A stretch of 61,916 nucleotides of DNA, filler included, from Nemertoderma westbladi (Eukaryota > Animalia > Xenacoelomorpha): assembly GCA_032718475.1 (NCBI GenBank). It is 2 parts of 2 records of this genome, joined end to end, with 100 filler letters (N's around TTAATTAATTAA, not from the genome) between each part and the next. Parts side by side here need not be neighbours in the genome. Positions count along the whole stretch, not along the records: positions 30,877 to 61,916 come from JAUCBJ010000316.1; 1 more part is not named here. One strand, given 5' to 3'. Shown here piece by piece: positions 37,430-50,969 of this stretch. The notes under the pieces were generated by a model. That model saw only the letters and a list, made by a program, of their open reading frames with translations, made no database searches and was not told the DNA's origin. Position 1 is the first letter of the stretch. Each line of letters starts with the position of its first letter. Position numbers and translations under genes: made by a program.

Positions 37430-40400
37430 ATGTCTGACATAAAGCAAACACTGTCAGATAGTCTCCTAGAAAGAACGATCTATGACCCAGATAAGAGTAT
37501 CGAACATCTAAGACCAAAGTCCAAGTCCCCTCCTACTGTAAGAAAGGTCATCCCTACAGTAGTGGTATCAGACCCTAGGCTAGTAAAGCACCATAGGTCT
37601 ATTATAGGCACTAGGGCTCAAGTTAAGCGGGACCAAGAGACGGCTGTTAAACAGCAGCAGCACCCGAACCGAGAACTTATTTCTCAACGGCAGAATAACT
37701 CTAGTAATTCCGACACTGAAGAGTTAACGCCCGAGATTGGAGCAAAGATGGCAGAAGCGGTTTATCCAGATCCATTTCTAATTCTTCCTGGGGGCAATAC
37801 TCACTAGAGTATTGATTGCTGTAGAGGAACATCTAGCGGATTGGATGAGAAATAAGAGATCGACCAAGGACAGTTATGCGGGATACACGATGGAGGAACT
37901 AAGGTCTATTGTAGAGACGCAATGGAACTTCCCCGGACCCGGACTCCCGTTTAACTTATTGGAAGCTGCCTGGGAGGACTTATACCGAATGGGGATAGTG
38001 AGGGACACTCGAGATCCAGCTGTATGGAAGAGGTCAGCAGCAGGATATGTCCAGGGATTCTTCAGCTCTTTGGAGCGATTAGAAGAACACCTATTTCAAC
38101 AACGTCAAGGACCTCAAGAGCAGGGAGAGCTGCTTTATCAAGTGCGAGAACGAATCTTATGAATCAGATTAATACTATCAGCCTTTGAGGAGGCCTCGAA
38201 GAGAAGCCAAGACACGTCGTTGCAAGTTGCTGTAAAGACTTGGTTCCAACGAGTGAGTGTTAAGGTCCAGGGAACGACACAATGGAAAGTTCAGCTAACT
38301 GAGCGCATGACCCACGGAGAATCAACAGAAGCCACCTTTTCTCATGTGGAAGGCGAAGCGATATCCGAAAAACCTCAGAAGAAGGATGCGATTGACATCT
38401 ATCTGTCGGATTATCAACGATTTATAGGTGACAAAGAGCTCAGAAGACGGCTAGCTGGACTTCATCCCAATAGTGAGGGAGCCAAATTCGTGTTGGACTC
38501 TTTATATGCGGAAATATTAGCTGTGGAGCAGGCTAAATTTGATGAAAGCATCCTCATCGCAATGGACCAAGAAGAACAAATAAAGAAAAGGCAAATAGAA
38601 GACCGAAAGTTAGCAGCGGCGGCGGCAGCGGCGGCGGCAGCGGGGGCGGCAGCTGCAGCGGAAGAGGCCGAAAGAAAGGCGGTAGCGGCAGCGGCAGTGG
38701 CAGAAGCAGAGCGGAGAGTATCTGAAGCGACAACCCAACTAGAGTTGGAGAATCTTCAGGCGAAACAAGATTACTTAAATAAACAAAGGGCAGCTACTCA
38801 GATGCAACTACTGAGTCGATCTACTCCCAGAAGACAGGGATTTACCTCCTCTGATGAGGCGATACAACAGATCCCGAGGGTAGAGGTAATAAATCTCATT
38901 CAAGCGGACGTAGAAGAGCGCCAAACCGTCAGAAGTTACCTAATTTACCTCCTGCGGTGAGAAGGCAACTAGCTAATGTAGATATAAGTAATCAATAACC
39001 TACAGACCAAATTATTAGAGTAGAAAGACTCCCTACTATAGTAGATGAGCCCGAAATAATTAGGCCTGTTAGTAAAGCCACTCCATTGATAGTGACCCCT
39101 GTACTTCCAGAACCTAACTCTAAATTCCCTTTGCACAGTACTAAATTACCTGTGCCCAGTAGACAAGCCCCGGAATCATACCCAGTCCTGGACGCCGAGC
39201 AAGACATAAATGAATTGTCTCCCGTCGTCCCTATGCGTCACCCGGCTATCATGTTGGCGGCTCCCACTTCTGCGGTTGACTGGGTGGACGAGGGACAATG
39301 GGGGATGAATCAGCTGCTCGGGCAGCTGGAAGACAATAAGAAACAGTCTTCCCAGCAGGTCCGAGAGTTGGAAGGGACTGTTCAGCTGTTAAAGGGAACA
39401 GTAAGAGAGAGTAGGTTAGAGTTGCAAGAAGTACAACAAAGTATCGCTTTAGAGTGCGATAAATTAGTAAATATACAAATGGGTATACCACCACCCCCTG
39501 TAACAATGTGTCAACCCATTAGGTCATAAGTATTTCATGCGCAAGGTGTGGAGCCTACACGCATCTATACTGCTAGTGAAGTAGAAACTCCTATAGTAAA
39601 CCCTATTAAGGGTAATTATAAACCTGTTGATAATGATATCCCATACAGATCTGATCATAATCCGAGAAATTTATATACCGATAACTCGATATTAAATAAT
39701 ACGATGGCTCAAGAAAGTTTTACACGTCAGATGGCTAGAACCGAAGCCCTTCAAGCAGTAAAGGTGGGAGAAGTCGTCAAGTTCAATGGAGATGTGATGA
39801 AATGGTTACCTTTTAATGAATATTATAAAGATAACATACAGAACTCTGTACTATCCAACGGAGAGAAACTTAGATTCCTCATCGAGTGCTTGGAAGGACC
39901 TCCCACATTAATGGCGTTAAAGTTTATTGGACATCCAGATGGATTAAGACAAGTTTGGGATACACTAAACATCAGGTATGGTAATAGGACTAACATAGCT
40001 AGGTATTTATATGCGAAATTAGTAGTGCCCAGAAAGTTTCTTAGCAGCGGGATTATAGAGTTTTCCGATGAGATTCAGGAGATCTGTAGACAGTTAGATT
40101 GGTTAGGTAAGTCTCAGGAATACCAGAGTTCTATGGTTGTTGGAGCCGTAGCATCTACTTTGCCAAAGGGTGTAGTAGGTACTCGTTGGGACAAAAATGT
40201 TCTCTATATGATGGACCAGCAACAAAGAGACCCTACCATGGCTGATCTCATGTCATTCTTAAATGGAGAGGTAAGTTTACAGCTCCTAAAGCAGTCCAGA
40301 GAGAAGACACCGGAAAGTAAGGTAAGTGAAAAACCCGTTACTAGGAGAAAGGTAACACCAGTGCGTTATACGGACGATGGCGAAAGCCAAACTTCCTACG

Positions 40401-40837
40401 AGGAGAACAGCGGTAAGGACACCAAAATATCTTATTATGTCAATAAAGTTAGGAAAGACGTAAGTAAATCTAAGTCTCGAACCAGTGACAGGAGAGAACA
40501 GGTAACAACTCCTCCTACGTCTCCTAAGAGAATTCATGGAAGAAAGCCCGAAGAAAGAATAAGTGTGCACAACATAACACAGGTTAAAGTAAGTAACATC
40601 AAACCCAAATGTGTATTGTATGACAGGCCACATCGCTTGAGTGGGTGTGATGAGTTCTTAAAGGAATCCCTGAAGGATAGACGTGATGTCATGTGGGATA
40701 AGCGGTTGTGTTATAATTGCCTCAACGAGGACATCAACGACGGACCTGTTACTCAGACACAAAGTGTGCTAAGTGCGGCGCGAAACAACATATCTTACTG
40801 CACACAGAATTTGGCCGAACCCGCACGAGTCAGGTAA
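37430..40837 (+). pseudogene. BEL gag with long N-terminal extension (several stops and frameshifts)
   Basis: DUF1759-like KFNGDVMKWLPF..EKLRFLIECLEG..L..RYG. Triple zinc knuckle CVLYDRPH..C / CYNCL..GH...C / CAKCG..QH.LLH. Confidence 0.85.
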
Positions 40838-43800
40838 GTGAGCCCGAACTACATGTCCAATTCAGTGATGTGAACGACACTGACCATAGTTCGGAGATGG
40901 AAGGATTCTACACGGACGAATTCTCCGACGAAAATGAATCCTGTTACATGATTAACACAGCTGTGTATCGAGCACTTACGTACAAGGCTGAAACAGACTG
41001 TGAGGATCCCCGACTGGCTATTCCGGATCGACAGCCATCTTGGAAAGCGCTAACTTCATCGGTCGGGATCCGAGAATTCCCTGTGGTGCAACTGAGGGTC
41101 CATGGGATAGGGAAGAGCTTGATAGTAAACGCCCTCCTTGACGCCGGCAGCACAGGTACCTTTATCGATAAAGAACTAGCCAAAGACATCTTTGCTGGAC
41201 AACCCAAGTTCCGAACCAAGGTGAACCTTTCCGGAATTATGCAGGTTTGGAAATCCACAGTAGCCACATATTACTACATGGGTGCGTTGTCCACTCCCCA
41301 GGATGAACTAGGAGAACATAGTATAAGGTCGGTCAAAATGGTGGCGATAAAGAACTTTGCTACTAGCCAAGTGGAGCCTTACAACTGGGATGAAGACCAT
41401 TTTACCCAGCAACATAGTATACCTAGATTCAACACAGATTATTCAGGGGTGCAGATCTTACTCGGCCAAAATGCGCACGAAGCGCTTGAGACATTAGAAA
41501 AACGGCCTGCTCGACCGCAACCACTGCAGATGTATGCGGGAAGAACGAGAGTAGGTTGGTACTTCACTGGACCTTCCCGTAGGACCTTAATGGAAAGACT
41601 CCCTAATGAAAAAATACATCAGGTGAGTGAATGGGAAGAAGAAATCAGTGAGGAAGAAACCCCAACTGAGGAAGCTCCATACTCCTCAGACAATGACGAC
41701 ATCAACCACTTGTATGATGAGGAAAACACCATCGATCTTCTCACTGAGAACCAAACTTGGTTAAACCAAGTCAACCTATGCCATCTTATCAATCAACATG
41801 GTGGACAATTTACTTATAACGATGAATTAAACGAAGTGATAGATCGATACAATGAACACGCCATACGATTCTTTACTCAAGAAGCCGTAGAGCCTAATTC
41901 CTACGACAAAGCCTTGTCTGTCGAGGAAGAGAGAGCCAAGCAGATTCAGGAAACGACTACATGTTATCTGAAGGACAAAGGTCGCTATGAGATTGGTCTT
42001 CCGTTCCGACGGCGAGAACCCAGCTTCGTAAATAACCGACCTTTAGCGGAAAAGAGAATCGCACAACTACATCGGCATCTGACAGCTAACGTTCAAGCCA
42101 GGGAAATGTATAAAACCCAGCTGAAGAAATTTATTGATAAGGGATACGCGGAGCGAGTTCTGGAAGAAACACCCATAATGGAAAGAACGTATTATCTAAC
42201 ACATCATTACGTTCCCAAGCCCGGTAAACCCAACGAAGTCCGGGTAGTGTTTGACGCCTCCGCCCTTTACATGGGTCAATCCCTGAACTCAGAACTGTTG
42301 CCGGGACCTAACTTACTCCAATCTTTGTTGGGAATATTATTAAGACTGCGGCAATATTCTATCGCATTCGCTTCAGACATAGAAGGCATGTTCTTACAAG
42401 TCAAGGCGCTGGATAGGGATCGAGACAGCCTAAGATTTCTGTGGTGGCCTGAAGGAGACCTCAACCAGAAACCGGTGGAGTACTGGATGACTATCCAGGC
42501 TTTCGGGATCATCTCGAGCCCCTCGAATGCTTGTTCGGTAGTGCGTACAACTGCCGATGACAACCGAGACGCCTTCTCTAAAGCAGTTATCGACAACATC
42601 AAACGGGATATATACATGGATGACAATTTAAATTCCCTCCCATCGGTGGAAGAAGCCATTGATGTTGCCAAGGGAACAGTAGAGTGCTTGCAACGCGGTG
42701 GATTTCGGCTAACCAAATTCACTAGTAACTCCCGTGAGTTTCTGGAATCGATCCCGGTAGAAGACCGAGGCGTTAAAGATCTGGACCTCATCAAGGACGA
42801 TCTTCCGGAAACCAAGATGCTTGGATTAAAATGGGACATGGTGAGAGATATCTTGTTTTTTTCAGTTAAAACAGCGAGAGAATCCAGTTAGAACTAAACG
42901 GATTTGTCTAAGTATCCTGAGCACTTACTTCGATCCATTGGGATTTATAAGCCCAGTTATATTGGTTGCTCGGAGCTTAGTACAACAAATGTGGTTTGAA
43001 AACCACTCGTGGGATGATCCACTTAAGGGAGAACTACTAAAGAAGTGGATGAAATGGGAAGATTCTCTACCATCCATCGAGAAGTTTAAGATTTCCCGTT
43101 CATATTTTGGTCACGTTCTCCCCATGTATTCCTATCAACTCCATGTATTTGGAGACGCTAGCGATATGGGAATAGGTATAGTAGCCTACCTGAGGGTTGA
43201 AACTCCAGATGGAATTAAAGTTGCCTTGGTCGCCTCTAAGGCCCTAATAAACAACAAATTACGAGTTCCTAGAGCGGAGTTAAAGGCGGCTCTATACGCT
43301 ACAGCCATCGGCTGGAATATAACAGAACAGATCGACTATCCACTGGAGAAAACTGTCTATTTGACTGATGCTTTACTCGTTCTGGAGTATATAACAAATG
43401 AAGTCTGTCAGTTCAGCGTCTTCGTTACCAACAGAGTAGCCATTATACTCAGTCGCTCTAATGTAGATCAATGGAGACATTGCCCTGGGACGATTAATCC
43501 AGCCGACATCGCTTCCAGAGGAGCAACTCCTCAAGAACTGATAGATACTCCAGACTGGTTAGGTGGACCCGACTTCCTGAGTAAAGAAGATGATGAATGG
43601 CCCCCTCTTCTCACCACGGCGGAGATTAGACAAGCCAAGGGAGCGGAGAAAGTCAAACCTAAAACCAGGACGAGTAAATCAAAGTTATTTAAACCTGTGA
43701 TAGATCTGTCTGTACTACACACCTCCGGGGATGATGCTGTGGATCTAAACTCACCCATTACGACTAGATCCGTTATAGAAATTAGAGAAAGAGACTGGAA

Positions 43801-45546
43801 ATCTGGAACACCAGATGTCTCGCAAGGACTCTCCCCTCTCCTACAGAGAGCAATAAATCATTATAGCTCCTGGAATCGCCTTTGCAAGGCCGTTGTGTAT
43901 CTTAAAAGATGTTTCCATGATCACTATTCCAGGACGAAGATCGCTAGTGATACCGCTCCAATAATATCCGAAAAGGTCCATGCTATTAAAGACCTTCCCA
44001 CTTATAAAGTGTCTGATAGGTTTCTGACTGAGAAGATCAGTTACCAAGAACATGAGGAAACCAATAAGCAGATACTGAGACTCCTGCAATGCTACGAAGA
44101 TTCCAATAAGTATTTCCTGTTGTTGAGAAATCCACAGATGCGCTTAAGGGATCGTTTCTCTAGTACGATGATAGATGGGTTAATACGTGTTGGAGGGAGA
44201 TTAACTAATGTTCATTGTCCTTTGACACAAAGTTTCCCATACTCATTAGAAATCTTGAAATACAAATCAAGATGATTGTAGATGTTCACGATAGACTTTA
44301 CCATGCTAGTAGAGAACGAGTTCTTAGCGAAATTCGAACTCGCTATTATTTTCATAAGCCCCGTAGAGCTCTAAACCAAGTTCTTAGGAACTGTATACCC
44401 TGTAGGAAAGCATTTAGTAGGCCTTTAACACAGCGAGAGGCATAATTACCTAGGGAACAATTAAGCTTCTATGAATCACCCTTTACTAATACTGGTGTGG
44501 ATTTATTTGGCCCTATTGAAGAATATCGTGCTAGGACTATAGTCAAGCGATGGTGTGTCATCTTTGTCTGTATGACTTGTAGAGCGATCCATCTAGATAT
44601 GGTGAACGATCTATCTACCAACAGCTTCATACTGAGTTTACGCCGACAGATTGCTCGTTTTGGGACTAGCAACACTATGAGATCTGACAAAGGAACGAAC
44701 TTCATTGGCGCCAATAATGAGATCAAAGCTTACGTGAAAGATTGGAACCAAAGACAGGTGGACAATCAGCTAAGGGTAACAGCATCTAGCTTGACCTTCA
44801 ACGCCGCCGACGCCCCTTGGTGGGGAGGAAGTTGGGAGAGATTAATACGGAGCGTGAAGACCACATTTCACTTTATAGTGCCGTGCCGCGCGTATCTCAC
44901 CGACGAACTTTTGCGGACGTTAATGGAAGAAATTGCCGCCTATCTTAACGAGAGACCGCTTATGCCAGTCTCATCGAGTCCCGATTCCGAGAAGACGTTA
45001 AAGAACCTGATAAAGAAGCTAGAAGCTCTGACACCCGCGCATTTCCTACTAAAGAAACCTGTAGCCATGCTCCCGCAATTGGAAATCACGGACGGAGACG
45101 AATACTGCCGACAAACTTGGCAACTTATGCAGTTATTATCCCATCGTTTTGCTGACTATTTCGAAAAACATTATCTTCCTACGCTACAACTTCGAACAAA
45201 GTGGTTTGCGCAGCAAGAAAACGTCAGCGCCGGAGACATGGTCCTTATCGTGGAATCAGATCTTCCACGTAAGAGGTGTCAGACAGGTCGTATCATCGAG
45301 ACTCATATATCCGATGATGGTTTAGTGCGATCGGTAGAACTCGTCGTCATGACGAGTTACAGAGTTACAGAACGTAACTTTAAGAAACCTGGAATTGTAT
45401 TCGAAACACAACAACTTAATCGCCCAGTTGGTCGTTTATGTTTACTGGAAAGAGACCGAGAGTTATCCGGAAACTATGGAAGGCAAGATACTCTTCCCAC
45501 GACCACCTCCCTAACCCAACAGACATCTAGGGACTCCCCAACGTAA
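40717..45546 (+). pseudogene. BEL pol: protease, RT, RNase H, integrase (frameshifts near 42890 and 44215, stop at 44445)
   Basis: ALLDAGS; RVVFDAS, GPNLL, DIEGMFLQV, YMDD; LHVFGDAS, NPADIASRG; H..H..CIPC, DLFGP, SDKGTNF, GGSWERL; YLPTLQLRTKW. Confidence 0.95.
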
Positions 45547-47323
45547 CAGCGTCTGGCGTGGGTGTGTGACTATATTATTTTATATTTTTTTTATTATTTT
45601 TATATTTATGTATGTATTATTACGTAATTTTATTATTATAATCGTTTTTTTAATTTTATTTAGTAGAATAATATTTTAACGATTATTCAGTAGATTAGTG
45701 CAATATATATTCGTGTTTATTACTTAATTACTTAGCATAATATATTTCGTTTAACGGCAAGAAATAATTCATTTTCTCTTTCCTTACTGTCCGTATCATA
45801 CTATAAATACGTGAATACAGTAAGATGAAATGTCCGTACTTATTAAAAGTACAATACCGCCCCTACTATACTCAAGTATTGTTGGTAAGTAGAGTATTAG
45901 GAATGCAAAGTTCAGATCCTCGTGTCTCGGCTAAACCAAGCTCTGGGTAGACCTTGGAAACGACTTGCCACTTCTCACTGACATTGGTTCTTGCAATATT
46001 GCTCTCATACCGTATATTAAATAATACATATAGTAGAATGATGTCCATTTAACAGTAGCGTTGAAGTTCAAAATATTAACAAACATTATTAATATTAATA
46101 ATGATATCAAACAAATCTGTTAATGAATCTTCAAATAAATCTGTTAAACCCTTTGACCATCTGAAATTCTAGTCGATTAAGATATCGCGGCACCCACCGA
46201 TATACTTGAAAGACAAAATTCTAGAATCAGTGGTTAACGTCCCCAGACATGTTCTGGAATAAATCGGTGCCCATCTTAAATATTAAATATTTAATAAATA
46301 TTTATAAAATCTGTTAAAACAAATGTTATAATAGAGTAAATGCTGACAAATTAACTCTAGAAAATCTATAAATCAAAATCTGTTAAAATTTAGATCCTCT
46401 AAAATTCTAGTCGATTAAGATATCATAGAACTTACCGATACTCTTAAAAAGACAAAATTTCTAGAATTAAGGATCCTAGCCCCAGACCTGTTCTGGTTTA
46501 AAATTGTGTCTATTTTAATTTCAAATAATAAAATTTACGGGAATAAATTTAAATTGATATCCTCTCATGAATTTGATAAATTGTCATTTTATACAATTTA
46601 TAGCATTTCCAAAATTCCATTAATTAATAGATCATGGGAGCGGAGATTCACCCTATTAAGTATATTAGTGTGCGAGAATCTCCAGTGAATAGTCAATAGC
46701 CGATAAAATTCATAAAATCATGTATAAGGGGAATATTGACAATTAAAGAATTACTATTAAATAGCATCCCAGATCTGTATGCATGAGAATTACCCTAATT
46801 CTACCGCTAGCTTTCCATAATGTCACCATAGCAACAACCACGCTAGAATTAGAAGCGAGTTAAAAGAACAATAGAAAGCTTGCCCCATTGAATAGCATGC
46901 GGAATAAATAGCACCTTGCTAGTATCGAGGGATACATAATAATAACGTGGCATTCTGGAAGGCATTTGACTAACGGACAAATGGCCCGAATGTGTACAAA
47001 TTGTGACAGGAGTGTGGAATTTGTGTATTTATAGGTGAATGTTACTACTAAAGTGTGTTTACAGTAGCGAGTCGCAGTTGTGAAAGTTACCCTGCCTCTG
47101 TAGCAAGAACCTGCAGTAAATCTAAGCCCTTGGGATGTACAGTGGAGTGACTCGCGCTGGTTATTGTTGTCATTGTGTAGCTACTATGTTGGCGAGAGGC
47201 ACAGCGACGACAGTATATCAGCGCTGAGGATCTTGCGCTGTCCGGGGGCACTGAGGGGGAGGCAGCGACGACCGCTAGCCTAATTATAATTAATTATAAT
47301 ATCGATAAACTCATATAGCAGCG

Positions 47324-49527
47324 ATGACTGAGTTGATAGAAGATGATCTTGGTATCAGGGAGCAATATACCCTACCATTGCAGGCATTTGTTGATAGTTT
47401 AATAAGCGGCGACGCTAGTCAACATACTACAGAGGACGATGGCCGTTATATCGAACCGCCAATGTCAAAGGAACAGCTCACACGTGAATTGGACTATAGA
47501 AAATTCACCGCTCGCTATACGCATCGTAATGGTACGTATATGGACTTCTTAACTACTGGTCATCCTATCGATTTACACTACACGGACGATGTAGACACCG
47601 AAAGGGAAATGATCCTATTTAAATATCATACCCAGCGGAGTTGGAATGATAAACTGAGAATTGAACATGAAAATTCTATTCGAAACCGACTCGAAAGAGA
47701 AGATGTTGAAGAACCGGATAAACGTAGTGACTTCAACGAATATTTAGAATTCTTGAGAGAAACTTATCTCAATGTAGCTAGTCAACAAAATCTAGAAACT
47801 CGATATCCTCAAGGTATACATCATAACCCTATGGTAGAACTCAAACGACTCTATTTCACTATGATGTATCTTACCGCCGATCAACCACTACCTGTTGTAC
47901 CGGATAGCTTCGAACAGATGGAGGAATATTGTAAAACTGGAGAAAGATCACCCACATTTCCCCTACAAGACGTGCGTCTTTGGTATTATTGCGATGAATG
48001 CCCTAGACCCAACCAACAAACGGAAAGACATAAACATCCGCGGAGACGTTGTGCTAAACACAGTTTTACTCGCTATACTTACGGGAGTTTCGAGCGAAAC
48101 TTGTTCGATGTATCACCCACGCTCGCTTGACTCAAACGATCCTTAAATAAACCTATGATGAGAGTTCCGGAATTCTCGGTCAGACCTCCTCATTCCCTGG
48201 TGAGACCTCAGACTCTTGATCCTAATAGTATGACAGATCCTCCTGAACTGTACTCATTGTTCAAAGATCTAGTGTTACCCGAACAATTAGTCGGTGGCAC
48301 TCCGGTTGTGGGCTCTCTAGATATTCGCCCATCCTACCTAGCCAGATTGGGACGCGGACATTTAATATCACCGTTCAATCCCTATAATCGTCCCGGTTTA
48401 ACCCCGAGACAACCTGTCACCGAGATGGAGGAGAGCGTTGTACGAAATGCGTTAGACGCTATTCGACAAAAGATCGGAAAAGGAACCTACGATTGTTTAG
48501 ACAAACGTAAATTGCAACAACAAGTCCAAGCCGTAAAAGAATTAGCTTTACCTCAGTTCGATCGGGAAATCCAGAATCTCGAAGAAGATATCGAACTTGG
48601 ACGAACCTACTCTCTGCAAGAGTTTTTCGACGAACGCTTCCAGTGACAAGCGGAGGAAAATCAGCTCGAGGAGAAGCACATCGAAATGGACGAGAGAGAA
48701 GAAGCAGCTTTAGCCCAGCCAGAATCTCAAATCCTTATGACTGATCTCTATTCCAAAACCATTATTCATCCTTCGATGGTTCCCCATTTCGGAGACAAAC
48801 TCTTCACCACGGTACAACCCCAACCGGTTGATATCAACCTAAGATCTAGAGATCTTATCGCTGACGCTCCTATGTTACAACGTCCACCAATCGAGGCCGC
48901 TCGTGTCGACGGTATACCCATTAAACCTCTGGACAATCGAGCGGATCTTGTCCGTCGTATGGTACACGAGGTCAACCTACGCGCTAGACCTTTACCGAAC
49001 TCATTTTATGGGATCAAAGACCACCCCTATTACGTCAATTTAACTCAATATTATATGGTGAAACCAAAAGATCCTACATACAGTTTAAAGTTTCTACCAT
49101 TGATAAATCCCACGGTGACTTGTTCATAAACTTGCATCCTGAGCTTCAAGAAGTTCATAGACAACCATATGAATATAGAGCCAGAGAACGCGAGTTGGAA
49201 AGAACCATCAAACCGAGGAAATGTATCACTACTCACGGTCCACCTACCGCTCTCGTGCAAATGACTCGTCAGGGACCAGTAAGAGCTGCTGTCCTGAAAC
49301 GCGCTCTAAAGGTTGTTCGACCTCGTTCTACTGAGGTTGATATCGATCAACCAGGGACCTCGACCGGCGGATATACCGACCGTAATCCGAAACCTTCTGA
49401 TGCAATTGTATTGCACCCCTCACCCAGGAGTTATAGCCCTCCTAGTAAAGTGGCTCGCCCCAAAGAGAAAAAGACTCTTACTAGCCTCAAAAAACTTCGT
49501 AAACGCCGTTCACGAAAGAAGGACTAA
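47324..49527 (+). pseudogene. Additional ORF3 of the BEL element (~730 aa reconstructed), unknown function, not env-like
   Basis: ORFs starting at 47324, 48155 and 48686 share one frame and are separated only by single TGA codons. One frameshift near 49125 leads to a basic tail ending 78 bp before the 3' LTR. Confidence 0.75.
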
Positions 49528-49596
49528 TAGTTTAGAGTATTTTTGTATTTTAGAAACTGTGATATTTTATATTTTATAGACTTAAATCCCATTTTC

Positions 49597-49605
49597 TGGG
49601 AGCGG
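49597..49605 (+). other. Polypurine-tract-like plus-strand primer site TGGGAGCGG
   Basis: Purine-rich run abutting the TG of the 3' LTR. Confidence 0.65.
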
Positions 49606-50748
49606 TGTAAAAGCTTTTGCAGACATAACAAGTCATTTTTACGCAATGCGCAGAATACTCTAAAATAGCCCTAAATTTATCCAACTACGCGACGGGAGGG
49701 AATTAGATCCAAGATGACGAAATCTGTCAGCTGATTCTTTGTGGACGTGGAGGTTCTTTGTTCTGCCTTATTCAGCCAATCAGAGTGATTTTCACTTTAT
49801 GTCTAACAGAAACCTATGGAAACTCGCGCAATGCATTACGGTCTTTGTTTACTATTTTCTGAGCATCAGAGCCAGCTCAGAATTTTCTGTGCTTCTGTGT
49901 GGAAGTTTCAGACTTTGGCCTAGGAACATCAGATGGCCTTGATTATAAGAACGTAAAACTATTAACTTGTCATTCTACTGATCATACTTAACTCACCTTG
50001 ATTTCTTTGTTTACTATTTCATAACTGCATAAGTAACACATGCTGACTGTTCACCGCATTATTTTACTTCTGTTATTAATTGTTGTTATATTAATGGATA
50101 TTGCTGTTATATTTGGAGAATACCGATAAATAATCATAAACCCCTCAATCTTCTTGATTACTGAGGTAAGAGGAACAGGTTTACCGGTAGCAACTGCGAC
50201 TTAAATTATAGTGGTTTGTGTGAATTAAATGCTATTTCATAATCCCTACATGTGTCAGTTGCGATCCTCCTTATATATGATCAAATTCAGTGACGGTCGG
50301 CAGATTAGTGCGAAGTAGTGTGAAGTAGTGTGAAGTAGTGTGAAGTCGTGTGAAGTAGTGTGAAGGTTAATAAAGCATCTCCTAAAGAATGCGCTATTTA
50401 CGAAACTCTGTGGCCATCTAGTTGTGATTAGTATAAGTCATAACTCTGTTTTTATACTTAAAGCGCCACGTCCTAAAGGAACTGTTAATATTTCCCCGAA
50501 AGTAAATATATTTGTCAGAGATTATATAGTAACGATCAATCGAATAATACAGTAGGTCTACACTGCAATAACTTTCAAGGAATCCGAATCCAGTCTCCCA
50601 CACCGTGGGTCATACGCCGCGCACGGACTGGCTTCGGCTGATGTAACTTCAGTACACTAGGTAATTGATAAAGGCTAAAGTCGATTTATAAACAAGAGGA
50701 CAACTAAAATTGGCAGGTTAAACTGCGAAAGGTCTAAAAGCGCGAACA
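49606..50748 (+). repeat. 3' LTR (1143 bp)
   Basis: Matches the 5' LTR. It is longer mainly through extra TGAAGTAGTG units. Confidence 0.95.
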
Positions 50749-50969
50749 CTGGCCAAAATGGTTCAATTTATAATATAAGTGGTTCAACACAATAGCATGT
50801 GAAGATGACGGTAATAATGATAAAGCCAAAACGGAAATTTTTCAATCTGAAAAATTTGAATTATGGCAACATCTAAGGGAAAAACGGTTTATCCAGCATT
50901 ATTGGATTCAGGAAATCTGAAAGCGGCCTCTCTCTCCAGCCTAATATTGCATAATGTAATGGACTGATG

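Larger units (their letters stand above)
34439..50748 (+). mobile_element. Full-length BEL/Pao LTR retrotransposon, 16.3 kb, with extra 3' ORF; coding region disrupted
   Basis: Two near-identical TG..CA LTRs, 5-bp TSD CTGGC at 34434-34438 and 50749-50753, gag-PR-RT-RH-IN order with BEL-specific motifs. Confidence 0.96.

Noticed and set aside
46153-46496. Hammerhead ribozyme
   Set aside because: No CUGANGA core found on either strand by eye.
48128-48649. Programmed readthrough or selenocysteine at two TGA-C codons in ORF3
   Set aside because: gag and pol of the same copy carry many stops and frameshifts, so decay is the simpler explanation. Revisit only if the TGAs are shared across copies.
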